DNA from: the human T2T-CHM13v2.0 reference genome, Homo sapiens
Direction: 5' to 3' (one strand)
Assembly (NCBI RefSeq): GCF_009914755.1
Contig: NC_060937.1
Length of the DNA stretch: 64,000 nucleotides
Below the pieces are notes generated by a model. That model had not been told where the DNA came from, did not search any database, and was given only the letters and a program-made list of their open reading frames with translations. Below are positions 30,401-47,200 of the stretch, piece by piece; the stretch's first letter is position 1; each line of letters begins with the position of its first letter. The translations under genes were made by a program, and so were the position numbers.

Positions 30401-33400
30401 ATATACTGTACATTAAATACCAAAGTACCCCAAATATATATTTTATACTCTACATGAAATATTAAAGTTCACAAACTATATATTATATACTGTACATACA
30501 ATATCAAAGTACCCAAGGTATATATTCTATACTGTACAAAAAATAACAAAGTACCAAAAGCATGTATAATATACTGTACATTAAATATGAAAGTACATCA
30601 AATATATATTTTATTCTGTACATAAAATATCAAAGTACACCAGATATATATTCTACAGTGTACATAAAATATCAAAGTACCCAAACTATACATTATATAC
30701 TGTAAATAAAATATGAAATTACATCAAATATATTTTATATTAGGTACATAAAATATGAAAGTACATCAAATATAGATTATATACTGTACATTAAATACCA
30801 AAGTACCCCAAATATATATTTTATACTGTACATGAAATATCAAAGTTCACAAACTATATATTATATACTGTACATAAATTATCAAAGTACCCAAGGTATA
30901 TATTCTATACTGTACAAAAAATATCAAAGTACCCAAATCATGTATTATATACTGTACATAAAATATGAAAGTACAACAAATATATATTTTATTCTGTACT
31001 TAATATATCAAAGTACACCAGATATATATTCTATAGTGTACATAAAATATCAAAGTACCCAAACTATACATTATATACTGTACATAAAATATGAAATTAC
31101 ATCAAATATATATTAGGTACATAAAATATGAAAGTACATCAAATATAGATTGTATACTGTACATAAAATATCAAAGTACCCCAAATATATATTATATACT
31201 CTACATGAAATATCAAAGTTCACAAACTATATATTATATACTGTACATAAAATATCAAAGTACCCAAGGTATATATTCTATACTATACAAAAAATATCAA
31301 AGTACCCAAAGCATGTATTATATACTGTACATAAAATATGAAAGTACATCAAATATATATTTATTCTGTACATAAAATATCAAAGTACACCAGATATATA
31401 TTCTATAGCGTACATAAAATAACAAAGTACACAAACTATAAATTATATACTGTACATAAAATATGAAATTACATCAAATATATATTAGGTACATAAAATA
31501 TGAAAGTACATCAAATATAGATTATATACTGTACATAAAATATCAATGTACCCCAAATATATATTTTATACTCTACATGAAATATCAAAATTCACAAACC
31601 ATATATTATATACTGTACATAAAATATCAAAATACCAAGGTATATATTCTATACTGTACAAAAAATATCAAAGTTCCCAAAGCATGTATTATATACTGTA
31701 CATAAAATATGAAAGTACATCAAATATATATTTTATTCTGTACTTAATATATCAAAGTACACCAGATATATATTCTATAGTGTACATAAAATATCAAAGT
31801 ACCCAAACTATACATTATATACTGTACATAAAATATGAAATTACATCAAATATATATTATATTAGGTACATAAAATATGAAAGCACATCAAAGATAGATT
31901 ATATACTGTACATTAAATACCAAAGTACCCCAAATATATATTTTATACTGTACATCAAATATCAAAGTTCACAAACTATATATTATATACTATACATAAA
32001 ATATCAAAGTACCCATGATATATATTCTATACTGTACAAAAAATATCAAAGTACCCAAAGCGTGTATTATATACTGTACATAAAATATGAAAGTACATCA
32101 AATATATATTTTATTCTGTACATAAAATATCAAAGTACACCAGATATATATTCTATAGTGTACATAAAATATCAAATTACCCAAACTATACATTATAAAC
32201 TGTACATAAAATATGAAATTATATGAAATATATATTATATTAGGTACATAAAATATGAAAGTACATCAAATATAGATCTCATACTGTACATAAAATATCA
32301 AAATACCCCAAATATATATTATATACTCTACATGAAATATCAAAGTTCACAAACTATATATTATATACTGTACATAAAATATCAAAGTACCCAAGGTATA
32401 TATTCTATACTGTACAAAAAATATCAAAGTATCCAAAGCATGTATTATATACTGTATATAAAATATGAAAGTAGATTAAATATATATTTTATTCTGTACA
32501 TAAAATATCAAAGTACACCAGATATATATTCTATAGTGTACATAAAATAACAAAGTACACAAACTATAAATTATATACTGTACATAAAATATGAAATTAC
32601 ATCAAATGTATATTATATTAGGTACATAAAATATGAAAGTACATCAAATATAGATCTTATAGTGTACATAAAATATCAAAGTACCCCAAATATATATTTT
32701 ATACTCTACATGAAATATCAAAGTTCACAAACTATATGTTATATACTGTACATAAAATATCAAAGTACCCAAGGTATATATTCTATATTGTACAAAAAAT
32801 ATCAAAGTACCCAAAGCATGTATTATATACTGTATATAAAATATGAAAATACATTAAATATATATTTTATTCTGTACATAAAATATCAAAGTACACCAGA
32901 TATATATTCTATAGTGAACATAAAATATCAAAGTACCCAAACTATACATTATATACTGTACATAAATATGAGATTACATCAAATATACATTATATTAGGT
33001 ACATAAAATATGAAAGTACATCAGATATAGATTATATACTGTACATAAAATATCAATGTACCCCAAATATATATTTTATACTCTACATGAAATATCAAAG
33101 TTCACAAACTATATATTATATACTGTACATAAAATATCAAAGTACCCAAGGTATATATTCTATATTGTACAAAAAATACCAAAGTACCCAAAGCATGTAT
33201 TATATACTGTATATAAAATATGAAAATACATTAAATATATATTTTATTCTGTACATAAAATATCAAAGTACACCAGATATATATTCTATAGTGTACATAA
33301 AATAACAAAGTACACAAACTATAAATTATATACTGTACGTAAAATATGAAATTACATGAAATATATATTAGGTACATAAAATATGAAAGTACATCAAATA

Positions 33401-36369
33401 TAGAATATATACTGTACATATAATATCAATGTACCCCAAATATATATTTTATACTCTACATGAAATATCAAAGTTCACAAACCATACATTATATACTGTA
33501 CATAAAATATCAAAGTACCCAAGGTATATATTCTATACTGTACAAAAAATATCAAAGTACCCAAAGCATGTATTATATACTGTACATACAATATGAAAGT
33601 ACATCAAATATATATTTTATTCTGTACATAAAATATCAAAGTACACCAGATATATATTCTATAGTGTACATAAAATATCAAAGTACCCAAACTATACATT
33701 ATACACTGTACATAAAATATGAAATTACATCAAATATATATTAGGTACATTAAATATGAAAGTACATCAAATATAGATTATATACTGTACATAAAATATC
33801 AAAGTACCCCAAATATATATTATATACTCTACATGAAATATCAAAGTTCACAAACTATATATTATATACTGTAAATAAAATATCAAAGTACCCAAGGTAT
33901 ATATTCTATACTGTACAAAAAATATCAAAGTACCCAAAGCATGTATTATATACTGTACATAAAATATGAAAGTACATCAAATATATATTTTATTCTATAC
34001 ATAAAATATGAAATTTCATCAAATATATATTAGGTACATAAAATATGAAAGTACACCAAATATAGATTATATACTGTACATTAAATATCAATGTACCCCA
34101 AATATATATTTTATACTCTACATGGAATATCAAAGTTCACAAACCATATATTATATACTGTACATAAAATATCAAAGTACCCAAGGTATATATTCTATAC
34201 TGTGCAAAAAATATCAAAGTACCCAAAGCATGTATTATATACTGTACATAAAATATGAAATTACATCGAATATATATTTTATTCCGTACATAAAATATCA
34301 AAGTAAACCAGATATATATTCTATAGTGTACATAAAACATCAAAGTACCCAAACTATACATTATATTCTGTACATAAAATATGAAATTACATCAAAAATA
34401 TATTAGGTACATAAAATATGAAAATACATCAAATATAGATTATACACTGTACATAAAATATCAAAGTACCCCAAATATATATTATATACTCTACATGAAA
34501 TATCAAAGTTCACAAACTATATATTATATACTGTACATAAAATATGAAATTACATCCAATATATTTTATATTTGGTACATAAAATATGAAAGTACATCAA
34601 ATATAGATTATATACTGTACATTAAATACCAAAGTACCCCAAATATATATTTTATTCTGTACATGAAATATCAAAGTTCACAAACTACATATTATATACT
34701 GTACATATAATATCAAAGTACCCAAGGTATATATTCTATACTGTACAAAAAATAACAAAGTACCAAAAGCATGTATAATATACTGTACATAAAATATGAA
34801 AGTACATCAAATATATATTTTATTCTGTACATAAAATATCAAAGTACACCAGATATATATTCTATAGTGTACATAAAATATCAAAGTACCCAAACTATAC
34901 ATTATATACTGTAAATAAAATATGAAATTACATCAAATATATTTTATATTAGGTACATAAAATATGAAAGTACATCAAATATAGATTATATACTGTACAT
35001 TGAATACCAAAGTACTCCAAATATATATTTTATACTGTACATGAAATATCAAAGTTCACAAACTATATATTATATACTGTACATAAATTATCAAAGTACC
35101 CAAGTTATATATTCTATACTGTACAAAAAATATCAAAGTACCCAAAGCATGTATTATATACTGTACATAAAATATGAAAGTACATCAAATATATATTTTA
35201 TTCTGTACATAATATATCAAAGTACACAAGATATATATTCTATAGTGTACATAAAATAACAAAGTACACAAACTATAAATTATATACTGTACATAAAATA
35301 TGAAATTACATCAAATATATATTAGGTACATAAAATATGAAAGTACATCAAATATAGATTATATACTGTACAAATAATATCAATGTACCCCAAATATATA
35401 TTTTATACTCTACATGAAATATCAAAGTTCACAAACTATACATTATATACTGTACATAAAATATCAAAGTACCCAAGGTATATAATCTATACTGTACAAA
35501 AAATATCAAAGTACCCAAAGCATATGTTATATACTGTACATAAAATATGAAAGTACATCAAATATATATTTTATTCTGTACATAAAATATCAAAGTACAC
35601 CAGATATATATTCTATAGTGTACATAAAATATCAAAGTACCCAAACTATACATTATATACTGTACATAAAATTTGAAATTACATCAAATATATATTAGGT
35701 ACATTAAATATGAAAGTACATCAAATATAGATTATATACTGTACATAAAATATCAAAGTACCCCAAATATATATTATATACTCTACATGAAATATCAAAG
35801 TTCACAAACTATATATTATATACTGTACATAAAATATCAAAGTACCCAAGGTATATATTCTATACTGTACAAAAAATATCAAAGTACCCAAAGCAGGTAT
35901 TATATACTGTACATAAAATATGAAAGTACATCAAATATATATTTTATTCTGTACATAAAATATCAAAGTACACCAGATATATATTCTATAGTGTACATAA
36001 AATAACAAAGTACAAAAACTATAAATTATATACTGTACATAAAATATGAAATTACATCAAATATATATTAGGTACATAAAATATGAAAGTACATCAAATA
36101 TAGATTATATACTGTACATAAAATTTCAATGTACTCCAAATATATATTTTATACTCTACATGAAATATCAAAGTTCACAAACCATATATTATATACTGTA
36201 CTTAAAATATCAAAGTACCCAAGGTATATATTCTATACTATACAAAAAATATCAAAGTACCCAAAGCATGTATTATATACTGTACCTAAAATATGAAAGT
36301 ACATCAAATATATATTTTATTCTGTACATAAAATATCAAAGTACACCAGATATATATTCTATAGTGTAC

Positions 36370-39300
36370 ATAAAATATCAAAGTACCCAAACTATACATT
36401 ATATACTGTACATAAAATATGAAATTACATCAAATATATTTTATATTAGGTACATAAAATATGAAAGTACATCAAATATAGATTATATACTGTACATTAA
36501 ATACCAAAGTACCCCAAATATATATTTTATACTGTACATGAAATATCAAAGTTCACAAACTGTATATTATATACTGTACATATAATATCAAAGTACCCAA
36601 GGTATATATTCTATACTGTACAAAAAATAACAAAGTACCAAAAGCATGTATAATATACTGTACATAAAATATGAAAGTACATCAAATATATATTTTATTC
36701 TGTACATAAAATATCAAAGTACACCAGATATATATTCTATAGTGTACATAAAATATCAAAGTACCCAAACTATACATTATATACTGTACATAAAATATGA
36801 AATTACATCAAATATATATTATATTAGGTACATAAAATATGAAAGTACATCAAATATAGATTATATACTGTACATAAAATATCAAAGTACCCCAAATATA
36901 TATTATATACTCTTCATGAAATATCAAAGTTCACAAACTATACATTATATACTGTACATAAAATATCAAAGTACCCAAGGTATATAATCTATACTGTACA
37001 AAAAATATCAAAGTACCCAAAGCATATGTTATATACTGTACATAAAATATGAAAGTACATCAAATATATATTTTATTCTGTACATAAAATATCAAAGTAC
37101 ACCAGATATATATTCTATAGTGTACATAAAATAACAAAGTACACAAACTATAAATTATATACTGTACATAAAATATGAAATTACATCAAATATATATTAG
37201 GTACATAAAATATGAAAGTACATCAAATATAGATTATATACTGGACATATAATATCAATGTACCCCAAATATATATTTTATACTCTACATGAAATTTCAA
37301 AGTTCACAAACCATACTTTATATACTGTACATAAAATATCAAACTACCCAAGGTATATATTCTATACTGTACAAAAAATATCAAAGTACCCAAAGCATGT
37401 ATTATATACTGTACATAAAATATGAAAGTACATCAAACATATATTTTATTCTGTACATAAAATATCAAAGTACACCAGATATATATTCTATAGTGTACAT
37501 AAAATAACAAAGTACACAAACTATAAATTATATACTGTACATAAAATATGAAATTACATCAAATATATATTAGGTACATAAAATATGAAAGTACATCAAA
37601 TATAGATTATATACTGTACATTAAATACCAAAGTACCCCAAATATATATTTTATTCTGTACATCAAATATCAAAGTTCACAAACTATATATTATATACTG
37701 TACATAAAATATCAAAGTACCCATGGTATATATTCTACACTGTACAAAAAATATCAAAGTACCCAAAGCATGTATTATATACTGTATATAAAATATGAAA
37801 GTACATCACATATATATTTTATTCTGTACATAAAATATCAAAGTACACCAGATATATATTCTATAGTGTACATAAAATAACAAAGTTCAAAAACTATAAA
37901 TTATATGCTGTACATAAAATATGAAATTACATCAAATATATGTTAGGTACATAAAATATGAAAGTACATCAAATATAGATTATATACTGTACATAAAATA
38001 TCAATGTACCCCAAATATATATTTTATACTCTACATGAAATATGAAAGTTCACAAACCATATATTATATACTGTACATAAAATATCAAAGTACCCAAGGT
38101 ATATATTCTATACTGTACAAAAAATATCAAAGTACCCAAAGCATGTATTATATACTGTACATAAAATATGAAAGTACATCAAATATACATTTTATTCTGT
38201 ACATAAAATATCAAAGTACACAAGATATATATTCTATAGTGTACATAAAATAACAAAGTACACAAACTATAAATTATATACTGTACATAAAATATGAAAT
38301 TACATCAAATATATATTAGGTACATAAAATATGAAAGTACATCAAATATAGATTATATACTGTACATAAAATATCAATGTACCCCAAATATATATTTTAT
38401 ACACTACATGAAATATCAAAGTTCACAAACCATATATTATATACTGTACATAAAATATCAAAGTACCCAAGGTATATATTCTACACTGTACAAAAAATAT
38501 CAAAGTACCCAAAGCATGTATTATATACTGTACATAAAATATGAAACTACATCAAATATATATTTTATTCTGTACATAAAATATCAAAGTACACCAGACA
38601 TATATTCTATAGTGTACATAAAATATCAAAGTAGCAAACTATACATTATATACTGTACATAAAATATGAAATTACATCAAATATATATTATATTAGGTAC
38701 ATAAAATATGAAAGCACATCAAATATAGATTATATACTGTACATTAAATAACAAAGTACCCCAAATATATATTTTATACTGTACATCAAATATCAAAGTT
38801 CACAAACTATATATTATATACTGTACATAAAATATCAAAGTACCCATGGTATACATTCTATACTGTACAAAAAATATCAAAGTACCCAAAGCATGTATTA
38901 TATACTGTACATAAAATATGAAACTACATCAAATATATATTTTATTCTGTACATAAAATATCAAAGTACACCAGATATATATTCTATAGTGTACATAAAA
39001 TATCAAAGTACCCAAACTATACATTATATACTGTACATAAAATATGAAATTACATCAAATATATTTTATATTAGGTACATAAAATATGAAAGTACATCAA
39101 ATATAGATTATATACTGTACATTAAATACCAAAGTACCCCAAATATATATTTTATACTGTACATGAAATATCAAAGTTCACAAACTGTATATTATATACT
39201 GTACATATAATATCAAAGTACCCAAGGTATATATTCTATACTGTACAAAAAATAACAAAGTACCAAAAGCATGTATAATATACTGTACATAAAATATGAA

Positions 39301-41620
39301 AGTACATCAAATATATATTTTATTCTGTACATAAAATATCAAAGTACACCAGATATATATTCTATAGTGTACATAAAATATCAAAGTACCCAAACTATAC
39401 ATTATATACTGTACATAAAATATGAAATTACATCAAATATATATTATATTAGGTACATAAAATATGAAAGTACATCAAATATAGATTATATACTGTACAT
39501 AAAATATCAAAGTACCCCAAATATATATTATATACTCTTCATGAAATATCAAAGTTCACAAACTATACATTATATACTGTACATAAAATATCAAAGTACC
39601 CAAGGTATATAATCTATACTGTACAAAAAATATCAAAGTACCCAAAGCATATGTTATATACTGTACATAAAATATGAAAGTACATCAAATATATATTTTA
39701 TTCTGTACATAAAATATCAAAGTACACCAGATATATATTCTATAGTGTACATAAAATAACAAAGTACACAAACTATAAATTATATACTGTACATAAAATA
39801 TGAAATTACATCAAATATATATTAGGTACATAAAATATGAAAGTACATCAAATATAGATTATATACTGGACATATAATATCAATGTACCCCAAATATATA
39901 TTTTATACTCTACATGAAATTTCAAAGTTCACAAACCATACTTTATATACTGTACATAAAATATCAAACTACCCAAGGTATATATTCTATACTGTACAAA
40001 AAATATCAAAGTACCCAAAGCATGTATTATATACTGTACATAAAATATGAAAGTACATCAAACATATATTTTATTCTGTACATAAAATATCAAAGTACAC
40101 CAGATATATATTCTATAGTGTACATAAAATAACAAAGTACACAAACTATAAATTATATACTGTACATAAAATATGAAATTACATCAAATATATATTAGGT
40201 ACATAAAATATGAAAGTACATCAAATATAGATTATATACTGTACATTAAATACCAAAGTACCCCAAATATATATTTTATTCTGTACATCAAATATCAAAG
40301 TTCACAAACTATATATTATATACTGTACATAAAATATCAAAGTACCCATGGTATATATTCTACACTGTACAAAAAATATCAAAGTACCCAAAGCATGTAT
40401 TATATACTGTATATAAAATATGAAAGTACATCACATATATATTTTATTCTGTACATAAAATATCAAAGTACACCAGATATATATTCTATAGTGTACATAA
40501 AATAACAAAGTTCAAAAACTATAAATTATATGCTGTACATAAAATATGAAATTACATCAAATATATGTTAGGTACATAAAATATGAAAGTACATCAAATA
40601 TAGATTATATACTGTACATAAAATATCAATGTACCCCAAATATATATTTTATACTCTACATGAAATATGAAAGTTCACAAACCATATATTATATACTGTA
40701 CATAAAATATCAAAGTACCCAAGGTATATATTCTATACTGTACAAAAAATATCAAAGTACCCAAAGCATGTATTATATACTGTACATAAAATATGAAAGT
40801 ACATCAAATATACATTTTATTCTGTACATAAAATATCAAAGTACACAAGATATATATTCTATAGTGTACATAAAATAACAAAGTACACAAACTATAAATT
40901 ATATACTGTACATAAAATATGAAATTACATCAAATATATATTAGGTACATAAAATATGAAAGTACATCAAATATAGATTATATACTGTACATAAAATATC
41001 AATGTACCCCAAATATATATTTTATACACTACATGAAATATCAAAGTTCACAAACCATATATTATATACTGTACATAAAATATCAAAGTACCCAAGGTAT
41101 ATATTCTACACTGTACAAAAAATATCAAAGTACCCAAAGCATGTATTATATACTGTACATAAAATATGAAACTACATCAAATATATATTTTATTCTGTAC
41201 ATAAAATATCAAAGTACACCAGACATATATTCTATAGTGTACATAAAATATCAAAGTAGCAAACTATACATTATATACTGTACATAAAATATGAAATTAC
41301 ATCAAATATATATTATATTAGGTACATAAAATATGAAAGCACATCAAATATAGATTATATACTGTACATTAAATAACAAAGTACCCCAAATATATATTTT
41401 ATACTGTACATCAAATATCAAAGTTCACAAACTATATATTATATACTGTACATAAAATATCAAAGTACCCATGGTATACATTCTATACTGTACAAAAAAT
41501 ATCAAAGTACCCAAAGCATGTATTATATACTGTACATAAAATATGAAACTACATCAAATATATATTTTATTCTGTACATAAAATATCAAAGTACACCAGA
41601 TATATATTCTATAGTGTACA
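36370..41620 (+). repeat. Tandem duplication of 2,625 bp (7 units)
   Basis: Identical ORF translations at constant offset 2625: 36646/39271, 37289/39914, 37548/40173, 37921/40546, 38294/40919. Rare markers (ctcttcatg, ctggacat, gtagcaaac) are present in both copies. The junction lies between about 38925 and 39066. Confidence 0.92.
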
Positions 41621-44250
41621 TAAAATATCAAAGTACCCAAACTATACATTATATACTGTACATAAAATATGAAATTACATCAAATGTATATTATATTAGG
41701 TACATAAAATATGAAAGTACATCAAATATAGATTATATACTGTACATAAAATATCAAAGTACCCCAAATATATATTATGTACTCTACATGAAATATCAAA
41801 GTTCACAAACTATATATTATATACTGTACATAAAATATCAAAGTACCCAAGGTATATATTCTATACTGTATAAAAAATATCAAAGTATCCAAAGCATGTA
41901 TTATATACTGTATATAAAATATGAAAGTACATTAAATATATATTTTATTCTCTACATAAAATATCAAAGTACACCAGATATATATTCTATAGTGTACATA
42001 AAATAACAAAGTACACAAACTATAAATTATATACTGTACATAAAATATGAAATTACATCAAATATATATTAGGTACATAAAATATGAAAGTACATCAAAT
42101 ATAGATTATATACTGGACATATAATATCAATGTACCCCAAATATATATTTTATACTCTGCATGAAATTTCAAAGTTCACAAACCATACTTTATATACTAT
42201 ACATAAAATATCAAAGTACCCAAGGTATATATTCTATACTGTACAAAAAATATCAAAGTACCCAAAGCATGTATTATATACTGTACATAAAATATGAAAG
42301 TACATCAAACATATATTTTATTCTGTACATAAAATATCAAAGTACAGCAGATATATATTCTATAGTGTACATAAAATAACAAAGTACACAAACTATAAAT
42401 TATATACTGTACATAAAATATGAAATTACATCAAATATATATTAGGTACATAAAATATGAAAGTACATCAAATATAGATTATATACTGTACATTAAATAC
42501 CAAAGTACCCCAAATATATATTTTATTCTGTACATCAAATATCAAAGTTCACAAACTATATATTATATACTGTACATAAAATATCAAAGTACCCATGGTA
42601 TATATTCTACACTGTACAAAAAATATCAAAGTACCCAAAGCATGTATTATATACTGTATATAAAATATGAAAGTACATCACATATATATTTTATTCTGTA
42701 CATAAAATATCAAAGTACACCAGATATATATTCTATAGTGTACATAAAATAACAAAGTTCAAAAACTATAAATTATATGCTGTACATAAAATATGAAATT
42801 ACATCAAATATATGTTAGGTACATAAAATATGAAAGTACATCAAATATAGATTATATACTGTACATAAAATATCAATGTACCCCAAATATATATTTTATA
42901 CTCTACATGAAATATGAAAGTTCACAAACCATATATTATATACTGTACATAAAATATCAAAGTACCCAAGGTATATATTCTATACTGTACAAAAAATATC
43001 AAAGTACCCAAAGCATGTATTATATACTGTACATAAAATATGAAAGTACATCAAATATATATTTTATTCTGTACATAAAATATCAAAGTACACAAGATAT
43101 ATATTCTATAGTGTACATAAAATAACAAAGTACACAAAGTATAAATTATATACTGTACATAAAATATGAAATTACATCAAATATATATTAGGTACATAAA
43201 ATATGAAAGTACATCAAATATAGATTATATACTGTACATAAAATATCAATGTACCCCAAATATATATTTTATACACTACATGAAATATCAAAGTTCACAA
43301 ACCATATATTATATACTGTACATAAAATATCAAAGTACCCAAGGTATATATTCTATACTGTACAAAAAATATCAAAGTACCCAAAGCATGTATTATATAC
43401 TGTACGTAAAATATGAAACTACATCAAATATATATTTTATTCTGTACATAAAATATCAAAGTACACCAGACATATATTCTATAGTGTACATAAAATATCA
43501 AAGTACCCAAACTATACATTATATACTGTACATAAAATATGAAATTACATCAAATATATATTATATTAGGTACATAAAATATGAAAGCACATCAAATATA
43601 GATTATATACTGTACATTAAATAACAAAGTACCCCAAATATATATTTTATACTGTACATCAAATATCAAAGTTCACAAACTATATATTATATACTGTACA
43701 TAAAATATCAAAGTACCCATGGTATACATTCTATACTGTACAAAAAATATCAAAGTACCCAAAGCATGTATTATATACTGTACATAAAATATGAAACTAC
43801 ATCAAATATATATTTTATTCTGTACATAAAATATCAAAGTACACCAGATATATATTCTATAGTGTACATAAAATATCAAAGTACCCAAACTATACATTAT
43901 ATACTGTACATAAAATATGAAATTACATCAAATATATATTATATTAGGTACATAAAATATGAAAGTACATCAAATATAGATTATATACTGTACATAAAAT
44001 ATCAAAGTACCCCAAATATATATTATATACTCTACATGAAATATCAAAGTTCACAAACTATATATTATATACTGTACATAAAATATCAAAGTACCCAAGG
44101 TATATATTCTATACTGTATAAAAAATATCAAAGTATCGAAAGCATGTATTATATACTGTATATAAAATATGAAAGTACATTAAATATATATTTTATTCTC
44201 TACATAAAATATCAAAGTACACCAGATATATATTCTATAGTGTACATAAA
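39750..44250 (+). repeat. Older tandem duplication of 2,247-2,248 bp (6 units)
   Basis: Offsets 39914/42161, 40173/42420, 40546/42793, 40919/43166 (2247) and 41518/43766 (2248). The copies differ at several sites (e.g. tacagcag vs tacaccag, gtagcaaac vs gtacccaaac). The same pair recurs at 58077/60324. Confidence 0.88.
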
Positions 44251-47200
44251 ATAACAAAGTACACAAACTATAAATTATATACTGTACATAAAATATGAAA
44301 TTACATCAAATATATATTAGGTACATAAAATATGAAAGTACATCAAACATAGATTATATACTGTACATAAAATATCAATGTACCCGAAATATATATTTTA
44401 TACTCTACATGAAATATCAAAGTTCACAAACGATACATTATATACTGTACATAAAATATCAAAGTACCCAAGGTATATATTCTATACTGTACAAAAAATA
44501 TCAAAGTACCCAAAGCATGTATTATATACTGTACATAAAATATGAAAGTACATCAAATATATATTTTATTCTGTACATAAAATATCAAAGTACACCAGAT
44601 ATATATTCTATAGTGTACATAAAATATCAAAGTACACAAACTATACATTATACACTGTACATAAAATATGAAATTACATCAAATATATATTAGGTACATT
44701 AAATATGAAAGTACATCAAATATAGATTATATACTGTACATAAAATATCAAAGTAACCCAAATATATATTATATACTCTACATGAAATATCAAAGTTCAC
44801 AAACTATATATTATATACTGTAAATAAAATATCAAAGTACCCAAGGTATATATTCTATACTGTACAAAAAATATCAAAGTACCCAAAGCATGTATTATAT
44901 AGTGTACATAAAATATGAAAGTACATCAAATATATATTTTATTCTGTACATAAAATATCAAAGTACACCAGATTTATATTCTATAGTGTACATAAAATAT
45001 CAAAGTACCCAAACTATACATTATATACTGTACATAAAATATGAAATTACATCAAATATATATTATATTAGTTACATAAAATATGAAAGCACATCAAATA
45101 TAGATTATATACTGTACATTAAATACCAAAGTACCCCAAATATATATTTTATTCTGTACATCAAATATCAAAGTTCACAAACTATATATTATATACTGTA
45201 CATAAAATATCAAATTACCCATGGTATATATTCTACACTGTACAAAAAATATCAAAGTACCCAAAGCATGTATTATATACTGTATATAAAATATGAAAGT
45301 ACATCAAATATATATTTTATTCTGTACATAAAATATCAAAGTACACCAGATATATATTCTATAGTGTACATAAAATAACAAAGTACACAAACTATAAATT
45401 ATATACTGTACATAAAATATGAAATTTCATCAAATATATATTAGGTACATAAAATATGAAAGTACATCAAATATAGATTATATACTGTACATAAAATATC
45501 AATGTACCCCAAATATATATTTTATACTCTACATGGAATATCAAAGTTCACAAACCAGATATTATATACTGTACATAAAATATCAAAGTACCCAAGGTAT
45601 ATATTCTATACTGTGCAAAAAATATCAAAGTACCCAAAGCATGTATTATATACTGTACATAAAATATGAAATTACATCGAATATATATTTTATTCTGTAC
45701 ATAAAATATCAAAGTAAACCAGATATATATTCTATAGTGTACATAAAATATCAAAGTACCCAAACTATACATTATATACTGTACATAAAATATGAAATTA
45801 CATCAAATATATATTATATTAGGTACTTAAAATATGAAAGTACATCAAATATAGATTATACACTGTACATAAAATATCAAAGTACCCCAAATATATATTA
45901 TATACTCTACATGAAATATCAAAGTTCACAAACTATATATTATATACTGTACATAAAATATGAAATTACATCCAATATATTTTATATTAGGTACATAAAA
46001 TATGAAAGTACATCAAATATAGATTATATACTGTACATTAAATACCAAAGTACCCCAAATATATATTTTATTCTGTACATGAAATATCAAAGTTCACAAA
46101 CTATATATTATATACTGTACATATAATATCAAAGTACCCAAGGTATATATTCTATACTGTACAAAAAATAACAAAGTACCAAAAGCATGTATAATATACT
46201 GTACATAAAACATGAAAGTACATCAAATATATATTTTATTCTGTACATAAAATATCAAAGTACACCAGATGTATATTCTATAGTGTACATAAAATATCAA
46301 AGTACCCAAACTATACATTATATACTGTAAATAAAATATGAAATTACATCAAATATATTTTATATTAGGTACATAAAATATGAAAGTACATCAAATATAG
46401 ATTATATACTGTACATTGAATACCAAAGTACTCCAAATATATATTTTATACTGTACATGAAATATCAAAGTTCACAAACTATATATTATATACTGTACAT
46501 AAATTATCAAATTACCCAAGGTATATATTCTATACTGTACAAAAAATATCAAAGTACCCAAAGCATGTATTATATACTGTACATAAAATATGAAAGTACA
46601 TCAAATATATATTTTATTCTGTACATAATATATCAAAGTACACCAGATATATATTCTAGAGTGTACATAAAATAACAAAGTACACAAACGATAAATTATA
46701 TACTGTACATAAATATGAAAATACATCAAATATATATTAGGTACATAAAATATGAAAGTACATCAAATATAGATTATATACTGTACATATAATATCAATG
46801 TACCCCAAATATATATTTTATACTCTACATGAAATATCAAAGTTCACAAACTATACATTATATACTGTACATAAAATATCAAAGTACCCAAGGTATATAA
46901 TCTATACTGTACAAAAAATATCAAAGTACCCAAAGCATATGTTATATACTGTACATAAAATATGAAAGTACATCAAATATATATTTTATTCTGTACATAA
47001 AATATCAAAGTACACCAGATATATATTCTATAGTGTACATAAAATATCAAAGTACCCAAACTATACATTATATACTGTACATAAAATATGAAATTACATC
47101 AAATATATATTAGGTACATAAAATATGAAAGTACATCAAATATAGATTATATACTGTACATAAAATATCAAAGTACCCCAAATATATATTATATACTCTA

